From contig CAWGRK010000008.1 in NCBI GenBank assembly GCA_963824995.1, positions 1 through 64,000 of the forward strand: 64,000 nt of DNA, read 5' to 3'. This document shows positions 51,285 to 59,563 of the stretch, piece by piece. This DNA comes from an uncultured Actinomycetes bacterium (GTDB lineage: Bacteria; Actinomycetota; Acidimicrobiia; Spongiisociales; DATADW01). Positions within the stretch are counted from its first letter, which is position 1. Each line of letters begins with the position of its first letter. The notes under the pieces are model-generated. The model had not been told where the DNA came from, did not search any database, and worked only from the letters and a program-made list of their open reading frames with translations. The translations under genes and the position numbers were made by a program.

Positions 51285-52282
51285 GGGTACACGACCTCCA
51301 CCCAGCGGGCGGACTCGACGCTTTCGGCGATCGCCTCCAGAACGGCGACCGCCCGCCGAGCCTCAACGCCGTCGGTTTCAGGTTCAGCTTCACCACGGAC
51401 TGCTGCAGCGAACTCGATGAGTTGGTCGGCGATCGTGTCGAGTGGCTCGAGCGCCACCTCGTTCTGCTCGGTGGATCCCCTTGGCTGCACCGTCAGACTG
51501 GCCCCGTCGCCAGTGTTGCGGGCTATCGCCTCGGTCCCGAAGGCGGTCAGTTCCACCGCGGGCCCCGTCGCCATCGAGGTGAACAGGTGGCCCAGGGCTC
51601 CGGACTCGAATCGGAGCGAGATCATCGTGGTGTCATCGACCTCGCCCTCGGGGAGAAGACGCCTGCTGTCGGCCATCACCGACGTGATCGCCCCCGTGAG
51701 GTAGTGGAAGTTGTCGATCTGGTGGATGCCCAACGCAGCCATCCCGCCGACCGGGGACTCCGCCAGTTCGCGGCGCCACGGAGCCAGGTTGGGATTGAGC
51801 AGCAGCGGCGCGGCGTGCGTGGAGGTCAGAGCCAGCACATCACCGAGTTCACCGTCTGTCAGCGCCTGCTTGATCCACCTGTTGGCCGGCTGACGCCGTC
51901 GGTTGTGACCGACCTGGAGCACCACGCCGGCACCTGTGGTGGCGTCGATGGCGCGGTCGGAACCGGCCACGGTCAGCGCCAGCGGCTTGTCGACGAACAC
52001 GTGCTTCCCAGCTTGGGCCGCGGCCACGACGAGATCGGCGTGGGTCGTGTGAGGGGTGACAATGAGAACACCGTCAACGTCCGACCCGAGCAAGTCGTCG
52101 AGCGATTCGGCAGGCTCGCAACCGTGCTCGACAGCAAAGGCCTCCCGGGATTCCCTGCTGCGGGCGTAACAGCCGGATATCTCGATGTCACCCGTGGTCC
52201 GGGTTGCGTTGGCCAGCACTCCGCCCCACCATCCGACACCGACAACGCCGACACGAACTGGCCGGACGGGTCCACTTGGCAT
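51281..52282 (-). CDS. Gfo/Idh/MocA family oxidoreductase
   Basis: GVVGVGWWG, TPHTTH, GKHVFVDKP, VGHNRR, LGIHQID. Confidence 0.93.
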   Translation of the reverse strand: MPSGPVRPVRVGVVGVGWWGGVLANATRTTGDIEISGCYARSRESREAFAVEHGCEPAESLDDLLGSDVDGVLIVTPHTTHADLVVAAAQAGKHVFVDKPLALTVAGSDRAIDATTGAGVVLQVGHNRRRQPANRWIKQALTDGELGDVLALTSTHAAPLLLNPNLAPWRRELAESPVGGMAALGIHQIDNFHYLTGAITSVMADSRRLLPEGEVDDTTMISLRFESGALGHLFTSMATGPAVELTAFGTEAIARNTGDGASLTVQPRGSTEQNEVALEPLDTIADQLIEFAAAVRGEAEPETDGVEARRAVAVLEAIAESVESARWVEVVYP

Positions 52283-52379
52283 CCCATCATTCTAACTTCC
52301 GGGGCCAATGTCGGGACTTCCGGCAGTGGCGGTATCGGGAGGCACCGCTATGTTCGGGGGAGACCTCTCAGGAGCCGAA

Positions 52380-53414
52380 ATGCCAATCGCTACCCCCGAC
52401 ACCTACCGCGCGATGCTCGAGGCGGCCCGTGACGGCCAGTACGCCTTGCCGGCCATCAATGTGACTTCTAGCGAGACGATCAATGCCGCGCTGCGTGGCT
52501 TCGCCGAGGCCGAATCCGACGGGATCATCCAGATCTCCACCGGCGGCGGCGAGTTCCTATCCGGGCAGGCGGTCAAAGACATGGCCTTGGGCGCTGCGGC
52601 CGGCGCCATCTTTGCCGAGACGGTCGCCGACCGGTACCCGGTGAACGTTGCCCTCCACACCGATCACTGCCAGCCGGACAAGGTCGACAGCCTCATCCGA
52701 CCCCTGCTGGCCATCAGCCGGGAACGTCAGGCTGAGGGCCGCCCCCCCATCTTCCAGAGCCACATGCTCGATGCGTCGGCGCTCCCTTTGGAGGAGAACC
52801 TGGCACTGGCCTCCAAGCTGCTCGATGAGATGGCCCCGCTCGACGTCGTGCTCGAGTTGGAGATCGGGATCGTCGGGGGTGTCGAGGACACGCTCGACCA
52901 CGAGGGGATCAGCCGCGAAAAGCTCTACACCACGCCGGGGGACATGGTCGCCGTGACGGAGACCCTGGGAAGCGGTGATCGGGGGCTGTACATGCTGGCC
53001 GCTGTGTTCGGGAACGTCCACGGGGTGTACAAGCCGGGATCGGTGGAATTACGGCCCACCATCCTGCGCGACGGACAAGCCGCGGTCGAGGAGCGCTTCG
53101 GGAGCGAGGCGCGCCACCTCCTCGTCTTCCACGGCGGGAGCGGCAGTTCGCTCGAGGAGATCCACGAGACCCTCGGGTACGGTGTGATCAAGATGAACAT
53201 CGACACCGACACGCAATACGCCTACACGAGGCCCATCGCCGGGCACATGCTCGCCAACTACGACGGCGTTCTCAAGATCGACGGCGAGGTGGGGAACAAG
53301 AAAACCTACGACCCCCGGAGTTACGGCAAGCTGGCCGAGACGGCGATGGCGGAGCGCGTGGTCCGCGCCGCCGAGGAACTCAAGTCGGCGGGCCGCTCAA
53401 TCGGACGTGGCTGA
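52380..53414 (+). CDS. fbaA: Class II fructose-bisphosphate aldolase
   Basis: MPIATP, ALHTDHC, FQSHM, FGNVHGVYKPG, VFHGGSGS, KMNIDTD, YDPR. Confidence 0.97.
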   Translation: MPIATPDTYRAMLEAARDGQYALPAINVTSSETINAALRGFAEAESDGIIQISTGGGEFLSGQAVKDMALGAAAGAIFAETVADRYPVNVALHTDHCQPDKVDSLIRPLLAISRERQAEGRPPIFQSHMLDASALPLEENLALASKLLDEMAPLDVVLELEIGIVGGVEDTLDHEGISREKLYTTPGDMVAVTETLGSGDRGLYMLAAVFGNVHGVYKPGSVELRPTILRDGQAAVEERFGSEARHLLVFHGGSGSSLEEIHETLGYGVIKMNIDTDTQYAYTRPIAGHMLANYDGVLKIDGEVGNKKTYDPRSYGKLAETAMAERVVRAAEELKSAGRSIGRG

Positions 53415-53601
53415 GATGTCGGAACCGGGCCCCGCTTTCGAGGCGACCATCACCTGTGTCGACTGTGGCGGCGTGGCCCATTTGATCTCATACCCTTCGC
53501 CCGACGAGCCTCCCGACCCAGAACAGACGGTCCTCACCTACCGCTGCGCCGACTGCGGCGACCGTTGGGACATCGTCCCCGCCGACGACACCTTTGAATA
53601 G
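53407..53601 (+). CDS. Small zinc-ribbon protein
   Basis: CVDCGG ... YRCADCGDRWD; overlaps the fbaA stop. Confidence 0.75.
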   Translation: MAEMSEPGPAFEATITCVDCGGVAHLISYPSPDEPPDPEQTVLTYRCADCGDRWDIVPADDTFE

Positions 53602-53609
53602 GCGGAAGC

Positions 53610-53714
53610 GGACGGCGGACGGCGGACGGCGGACGGACTTTCACATCTTTTGAGTGAACCAGGCCCCCCTCCCCCAACGCCTGCGGCGTCGGGTACTTCC
53701 CCCGCCCGGGGGAA
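53610..53714. repeat. GGACGGC heptamer x4 followed by REP-like hairpins between convergent genes
   Basis: ggacggc x3 plus ggacgga at 53610-53637; TTCCCCC-gccc-GGGGGAA at 53697-53714. Confidence 0.75.
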
Positions 53715-53721
53715 CGAGTCG

Positions 53722-55146
53722 TTATCGCAGATCGCGCTTCAGTGCCGAGCGGGCGGCCCAGTAGCCGCACATGCCGTGGACGCCGGCACCCGGTGGTGTG
53801 GACGAGGAACACAGGTAGATCCCCTTTGTTCCCGTGAAGTACGGGTCCATCGAGGGGAACGGGCGGGCGATCAATTGGAGACCGGTGTGGGCGCCCCCGC
53901 TGATGTCCCCGCCAACGTTGTTCGGGTTGTGCGCCTCGAGCGCCGCAGGGCCCATGGCGTGTCTTGCCAGCACTCTCTCGCGGAACCCGGGGGCAAACCG
54001 CTCGACCTGGGCCTCGATGCGCTCGGTCATGTCCACCTTGGACTCGGCCGGGACGTGGCAATAGACCCACACCGCCTGCTTGCCCGGCGGTGCTCTCGTT
54101 TCGTCCACCACCGAGGGTTGCGATAGCAGCACGTAGGGACGTTCGGGGTGCTCGCCTCGCCACACGGAGCGCTCCGCGGCTGACACCTCCTCCAAGGTGC
54201 CGCCGATGTGCACCGTGCCGGCGCGACCCGCCCGCTCGTCCCGCCAGGGGATGGGTCCCTCGACCGCCAGGTCGAGCTTGAAGGACCCAGGTCCGTGCCT
54301 GAACCGACGAAGCCGGCCGGCGTACCGAGTGGGGAGCCGATCACCGGCGACCCGCAGAAGCGTGGTCGGACTGGTGTCGAACAGCACTGCACGCGCCGCG
54401 GGCAGGTCGTCCCACCCGTTCACCGGCCGGTTGCACTCCACCTCACCCCCAAGAGCGCGGAGATAGGTGACCAGCGCATCGGAGATGGCCTGCGATCCAC
54501 CGCGGGCCACCGGCCAGCCGACCGTCTGTGCGGTGACTCCGAAGAGCAGCCCGAAGCTCGAGGTGAGCGGCCGATCGAGCGGGAGGATCGCATGGGCGGC
54601 GCAGCCTGCGAAGACCGCCCTGGCCTCGTCGTCGCCGAATATCCAGCGAGCCAGAACCGTCGCCGGCAGAAGGCCGGGTATCCCAAGCGAGGCCAACGCG
54701 ATGGGGTGGCGCGGGACCTTGAGCACCGGTCCGAGCACCCCCGGAGCGAGATCGGGCCACAACCGGGCCAATCGGCCGTAGACCCGGCGCCACGACGAGG
54801 CGTCAACCCCGAAACCGTCTGCTGTCTCGTCCACCGAGCGGCGGACGATCGCTGCCCCGCGATCGAGCACGTGAGCGAGCGGGAATTCCGGTTGCATCCA
54901 CTCCAATCCGTGCTCGGCGAGAGGGAGCTTGGCGAAGAACGGCGAGGCGATGCCCATCGGGTGGACGGCAGAGCAGATGTCGTGACGGAAACCGGGAAGC
55001 GTGACCTCTTCGGTACGGGTTCCGCCGCCCCACACGGGAGCCCCTTCGAGGACGAGGACCCGACGCCCGGCGCGGGCGATGACCACGGCCGCGGCCAGGC
55101 CGTTGGGCCCGGAACCGACGACGACGGCGTCGTAGTCGTACGTCAC
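53722..55146 (-). CDS. Phytoene dehydrogenase-like FAD-dependent oxidoreductase
   Basis: GSGPNG, HDICSAVHP, GGSQAI, NNVGGDI, STPPGAGVHGMCG. Confidence 0.92.
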   Translation of the reverse strand: MTYDYDAVVVGSGPNGLAAAVVIARAGRRVLVLEGAPVWGGGTRTEEVTLPGFRHDICSAVHPMGIASPFFAKLPLAEHGLEWMQPEFPLAHVLDRGAAIVRRSVDETADGFGVDASSWRRVYGRLARLWPDLAPGVLGPVLKVPRHPIALASLGIPGLLPATVLARWIFGDDEARAVFAGCAAHAILPLDRPLTSSFGLLFGVTAQTVGWPVARGGSQAISDALVTYLRALGGEVECNRPVNGWDDLPAARAVLFDTSPTTLLRVAGDRLPTRYAGRLRRFRHGPGSFKLDLAVEGPIPWRDERAGRAGTVHIGGTLEEVSAAERSVWRGEHPERPYVLLSQPSVVDETRAPPGKQAVWVYCHVPAESKVDMTERIEAQVERFAPGFRERVLARHAMGPAALEAHNPNNVGGDISGGAHTGLQLIARPFPSMDPYFTGTKGIYLCSSSTPPGAGVHGMCGYWAARSALKRDLR

Positions 55147-55195
55147 AGGACCGTGCCGCCGCCAGCGCCGACGACCGTTGGACGACGGGTCTGTA

Positions 55196-55597
55196 TCAGA
55201 ACCAGAAGCTGCCCTGACCCTCGGGATCGTCGGTGAATCCCCAGGCCTCGGTCACCAGACCGTCGTCTCCGACGTTGTACACGTGGACCTCGTCAGCGGT
55301 ATAGGTGGAGTCATCGCGGCGAGCGGTGACGTGGGCGAGGACGACGGTGTGGCGGTCGTTGGCGAGCACGTCGTGCACCTCGATCATGAAGTCGGCGTGC
55401 GTCCCCTGGAACACTCCCTCGAGGAAACTGATGATCTGGTCGGGTCCCAACTTGTCGCCCGATGAATCCCGCCTGCCCGAGACATGCCATACCGCGTCCG
55501 GGGCGAGCAGCCGCCCGATTGCGCTGAAGTCACCGTCGCAGAAGGCGCGGTACTCCGACTGGATGCGCTCAGCGTTGGGATGGGTCATCGTCGCCAT
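55196..55597 (-). CDS. SnoaL/NTF2-like protein
   Basis: LLAPDAVWHVSG, VHDVLAND; GGAAGGAG RBS. Confidence 0.85.
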   Translation of the reverse strand: MATMTHPNAERIQSEYRAFCDGDFSAIGRLLAPDAVWHVSGRRDSSGDKLGPDQIISFLEGVFQGTHADFMIEVHDVLANDRHTVVLAHVTARRDDSTYTADEVHVYNVGDDGLVTEAWGFTDDPEGQGSFWF

Positions 55598-55609
55598 TCA
55601 ACTCCTTCC

Positions 55610-56485
55610 TTAGGGCTCTTCCGCCCAGCGGTGGGGCCGCGTGCGGACGTCGTCGAACCCGAGTTCGTCGCACAGATCCAAGAACATCTCTCGGGGAACG
55701 CCGCCCCACTCCAGTTCGTCGAGTGACTCGGCCAGGGGGACATCCCGCCGCAGCGTGGTCAGCGTCCGGTAGAGGGTTACCTCCTCGCGGCGCTCCGCCA
55801 ACGAGTTGGCGAGGCGCTCGGCACCTCGCACCTGGACACCCCAGGTCCCGGGGTCGTCGGGGATCCGATCCACCCTCCCGAAACGGGCGAGCAGGATCGA
55901 CGCCGAGCGAGGCCCCCAACCCGGTATGCCCGGAACTCCGTCGGCGGTGTCTCCCACCAGCGCGAGGTAGTCGGGAATCGACTCTGGTTGGACGCCGAAC
56001 TTGGCGACCACGCCCTGCTCGTCGATCAGGATCTGGCGGCGCCGGTCGTAACAGACCACTCTGTCGCCGATCACGCATTGCGTCAGGTCCTTGTCCGGGC
56101 TGAGCAGGACGACCTGCTCCACGTCGTCGGCCCACCGAAGGGCAGCTGTGGCCATCGCATCGTCCGCCTCGAACTCGATCATCCCCCACGTCACCACTCC
56201 GATCGCCTCGAGGGCCCGCTCCATCAGAGGGAACTGGGCAAGAAGCTCGGGGGGCATCCCCTCCTCCGTCTTGTACCCGGCGAACATCTCGTTTCGAAAC
56301 GAGCGGATCACGGTGTCGGCTGCGGCGGCCGCATGGGTCACCTCGGGCTGGCGGAGAAGCGAGAGGGTCGTCTCGATCACGCCGAGCGTCGCCCCTACCT
56401 CCGTTCCGTCAGGCGCGAGGCGGGCAGGGCGCCCGAAAAAGGCGCGGAATATCTCGTATGTGGCATCGAGGACGTGGAGTTTCAT
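55610..56485 (-). CDS. Stand-alone 5'-3' exonuclease / flap endonuclease
   Basis: LHVLDATYE, SFRNEMFAGYK, FEADD, PDKDL, LVGDTADGVPG (H3TH); start at ATG 56485. Confidence 0.92.
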   Translation of the reverse strand: MKLHVLDATYEIFRAFFGRPARLAPDGTEVGATLGVIETTLSLLRQPEVTHAAAAADTVIRSFRNEMFAGYKTEEGMPPELLAQFPLMERALEAIGVVTWGMIEFEADDAMATAALRWADDVEQVVLLSPDKDLTQCVIGDRVVCYDRRRQILIDEQGVVAKFGVQPESIPDYLALVGDTADGVPGIPGWGPRSASILLARFGRVDRIPDDPGTWGVQVRGAERLANSLAERREEVTLYRTLTTLRRDVPLAESLDELEWGGVPREMFLDLCDELGFDDVRTRPHRWAEEP

Positions 56486-56584
56486 CGGCTGGGTTCCGCC
56501 GGCATCGCGGCCCCCCACCCTACGGGGTCGCAAGTCGCACCGGACCGCTACCCTCGATGGTTCTACCACTCAGGGGACGCATAC

Positions 56585-57220
56585 ATGAAGACAGGCGATG
56601 AATGGCGCAAGGTAGGAGATCAGTTCGCTGCCATCGGCGAGCGGTTCAAGGAGCACTACGACCAGGTCGAATCCGGCGACCCCGCAGAGGAGTCGAGCGT
56701 CGACGAGGTTCGCAGCGCACTCCGCACGCTTGGTGACGCCCTCGACACCGTGTTCACTGCAGTGGGCCAGGCATTCCGCGATCCGGCGTTGCGGAATGAG
56801 GCCAAGGAGGCGGCCGGGGCCATCGCCACCGCGCTCGGTGCGACCTTCAACGAGCTCAGCGACGAGGTGCGCCATCTCGTAGAGTCGAAGACCGCCGGGA
56901 CACCCACAGAGGCGGGCGCCGCAGATACGGATGGGGACACCACTCCCCCGACCGAACAGCCGCCAGGTGGTGGCGAAGAGACTCCACCGGTCGAACCGCC
57001 GGACCAGCCACCACCGGCCGCTCCGCCCGAACAGACGCCCCCGGTCACACCGCCGGACCAACCGGAATCACCGGACCGACCGGCACCGGTCATACCACCG
57101 GACCAACCGGTACCCCCCGACCAGCCGCCGCCGGTAACCCCGCCCGAGCAGCCGCCGCCGGTGACCGAGCAGGATTCGGCAGAACGGCCCGAACCACCCC
57201 CACAGGAACCCCCCGGTTGA
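56585..57220 (+). CDS. Hypothetical protein: helical N-domain plus Pro-rich repeat tail
   Basis: Amphipathic helical domain of about 100 aa, then repeated PP(D/E)Q units. Confidence 0.7.
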   Translation: MKTGDEWRKVGDQFAAIGERFKEHYDQVESGDPAEESSVDEVRSALRTLGDALDTVFTAVGQAFRDPALRNEAKEAAGAIATALGATFNELSDEVRHLVESKTAGTPTEAGAADTDGDTTPPTEQPPGGGEETPPVEPPDQPPPAAPPEQTPPVTPPDQPESPDRPAPVIPPDQPVPPDQPPPVTPPEQPPPVTEQDSAERPEPPPQEPPG

Positions 57221-57324
57221 CCCGACCGGCGACTCCGGGGCCCATCTCCACCTTCGACCCAGGAACGGTGCCATCGTCGGCTCGGTGGATCCGGCGACGC
57301 CGGCTGACCATGGCGGGCCGATAA

Positions 57325-57484
57325 ACCCGCAACCCAGGGTTGGCGGCTACCTCAGCGGTACTCTCCAACACAGGGTTGGAGGGTTGCACAGCAACGCTTG
57401 GGGCCCACAGAACGAAGAGGGGGGCGGTAGACCCGCAACCCAGGTTCGAACCGTCGCACAGCAACGCTTGGGGCCCACAGAACG
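57325..57484. repeat. Composite intergenic direct repeats (REP-like)
   Basis: 29-bp GCACAGCAACGCTTGGGGCCCACAGAACG at 57386 and 57456; ACCCGCAACCCAGG at 57325 and 57431. Confidence 0.85.
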
Positions 57485-57517
57485 GTGTACAGCGGGGCTC
57501 GGGCTTACCCTTGTGAT

Positions 57518-57742
57518 GTGCCCCTCGGTCGGCTCCTCATCGTCGTTGGGATCGGAATCGCCCTGGTCGGGGCGGTGATCACCTTTGCCCCGGGCCTGGT
57601 TTCGTGGTTCGGACGGCTACCCGGCGACATCCGGATCGAGGGCGAGCGGTGGACGGTGTTCATACCGATCACTTCGATGCTCGTGGTGAGTCTGGCCGTG
57701 ACCGTCCTGGCAAGCCTGATCGGCCGTTTCATGGGCCGATGA
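57518..57742 (+). CDS. DUF2905 family membrane protein
   Basis: WFGRLPGDIRIE...FIPITSMLVVS. Confidence 0.9.
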   Translation: MPLGRLLIVVGIGIALVGAVITFAPGLVSWFGRLPGDIRIEGERWTVFIPITSMLVVSLAVTVLASLIGRFMGR

Positions 57743-58579
57743 CTCCGCTGGTTTCGGCTCAATGGCTCGTTGACAACCTCGGGGACCCGTCGGTGGTGGC
57801 GGCAGACGTCCGATGGTCGCTCGGAGATTCGGGCGCCGGCCGCGCCACGTATCTCGCCGGTCACATTCCGGGCGCCGTATTCGTGGATCTGGATGGCGAC
57901 CTCAGCGACACCACCGGGCCGGGGCGTCATGCCCTCCCTTCGCCGGAGAGGTTCGCCGAGAAGATGGGCGCGCGGCATCGGCGACGAAACCAGAGTCGTG
58001 GCTTACGACGCGACCTCGGGTTCTGTGGCGGCCCGGCTGTGGTGGATGCTGCGCAACCAGGACCACCCGGTGGCGGTGCTCGACGGAGGCTGGCAGGCGT
58101 GGGTCGATGCCGGGCTGCCCGTTGAGACGGCGGTCCCTGAGCCGAGCGATGCCGTGTTATCGCTCCGGGGGCCGTGGCGCGAGACCGTTGACCGGGACCA
58201 ACTGTCCTCGCATCTCGGGCAGGTCGTGCTGCTCGACGCACGAGCAGAGGAGCGGTACCGGGGTTCGACCGAACCGGTAGATCCGGTTGCCGGGCACATT
58301 CCCACCGCGGTCAACCTCCCCTTCACCCATCTGCTCGACGAGGGCATGCTCCGCTCACCCGACGAGCTGGAGTCTCTGTTGCGAGATTCCGGGATGGGCG
58401 GCGACCAGCCGGTGGTGGTGTCATGCGGGAGCGGGGTGACCGCTTGTTCGCTTTCACTTGCCGCCGCGGTCGGCGGCCTGCCCGAGCCGCTCCTCTATCC
58501 GGGGTCATGGAGCGACTGGAGCACCGCCGGGTATCCAGTCGCCACCGGTGAAGAACCCGGTGAGTCCCCGCCGCTGTGA
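57739..58579 (+). CDS. Two-domain rhodanese sulfurtransferase (SseA-like), frameshifted near 57971
   Basis: PLVSAQWL..GHIPGA..GRHALP, then a frame change to GIGDETRVVAYD..ARLWW..DAR..CGSGVTA..YPGSWSDW. Confidence 0.9.
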
Positions 58580-59547
58580 CCGACCGACTCCGATCGACCG
58601 TCGAGCGCAACGACCCCGACGAGTTGCTTCGGTTGATCGACGGGCTGACCTCTGCGGAAGACTGGGACGAGGTGTATCGGCTTGGCGTGCTCTGCCGTGA
58701 CGCGGTCGAGCGCGGCAAGCAATTGTGGGGGGTGGCCGAGCACGTCGACTACCGACTGGCGCTGGAGGCGCCGGGCCGCTGGGCCGGGCGGGCCGTGCAG
58801 GCGGGAGCCGGGAGATACACGCTGGGCCCGCTTCACGAGGTGGCGGCATCGACCCACGACTGGGACGAGCTGGCACCACACCTCGCTCCCGGACTTCCCC
58901 TGACGATGACCGCCCACGAGCGGGTGGTCAGGGGCGATGACCTCGCCGAGGAGCCAATGGTGGACCAGGCGGTGCTCGAGATCCCGATGCGGCTCGAGTC
59001 GTGGGAACCCGACTACCAGGTGGCGACCTTCCGCTCCGACCGGCTCGACTTTCCGTCGCCTCCCCTCCCCGAGATGGAGCGGTTCGAATCGGGCGACGCC
59101 CCACGGGTGGCCGACGTAGCGGTCGCCGAGGCAATGCTCGGGCTGGTCCGTCCCTGGAGCGACGAGTCGAACGGTCGCGCCGAGACCGTCGCCGTCGAAG
59201 GTGGTGCCACGGATGCAATCGGTGCGCTCGGGGCTCGGCGGGGCCGGATCGCCCGGCTCGACCCATCCGAAGGTCTGCGATGGATGGCTTGGGCGGCGGC
59301 CGATGGCGGAGCGCATGGCCGGAGGAGGGGGACCGCCGTCGGCAGGTTCGAGGCTTGGTGGACGGCGGCAGCATTGGCCGACGCCGAATGGCCGCCGGAA
59401 CCCGACCGAATGGGGGAAGCGATCGAGCAATTGGAGTGGTACCTGTGGGGCGATCCGGCGCCAGATACCGGTTGGTCTCTCCGGATCGCGGTCGCCGACG
59501 CTGCTCGTCGCCGGGCCTGGGCGCTCTCCGCCCTGGACGCGGAATGA
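58576..59547 (+). CDS. Conserved hypothetical protein (DUF6183-like)
   Basis: EHVDYRLALEAP, LGPLHEVA, AHERVVRG, WSDESNG, GGAHGRRRG.A.GRF.AWW; GTGA overlap with the rhodanese gene. Confidence 0.7.
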   Translation: MTDRLRSTVERNDPDELLRLIDGLTSAEDWDEVYRLGVLCRDAVERGKQLWGVAEHVDYRLALEAPGRWAGRAVQAGAGRYTLGPLHEVAASTHDWDELAPHLAPGLPLTMTAHERVVRGDDLAEEPMVDQAVLEIPMRLESWEPDYQVATFRSDRLDFPSPPLPEMERFESGDAPRVADVAVAEAMLGLVRPWSDESNGRAETVAVEGGATDAIGALGARRGRIARLDPSEGLRWMAWAAADGGAHGRRRGTAVGRFEAWWTAAALADAEWPPEPDRMGEAIEQLEWYLWGDPAPDTGWSLRIAVADAARRRAWALSALDAE

Positions 59548-59563
59548 GCCACGGGGTCCGGCG

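Noticed and set aside
57386..57484. CRISPR array
   Set aside because: Only two repeats, the spacer itself contains a local repeat, and there is no leader or cas gene.
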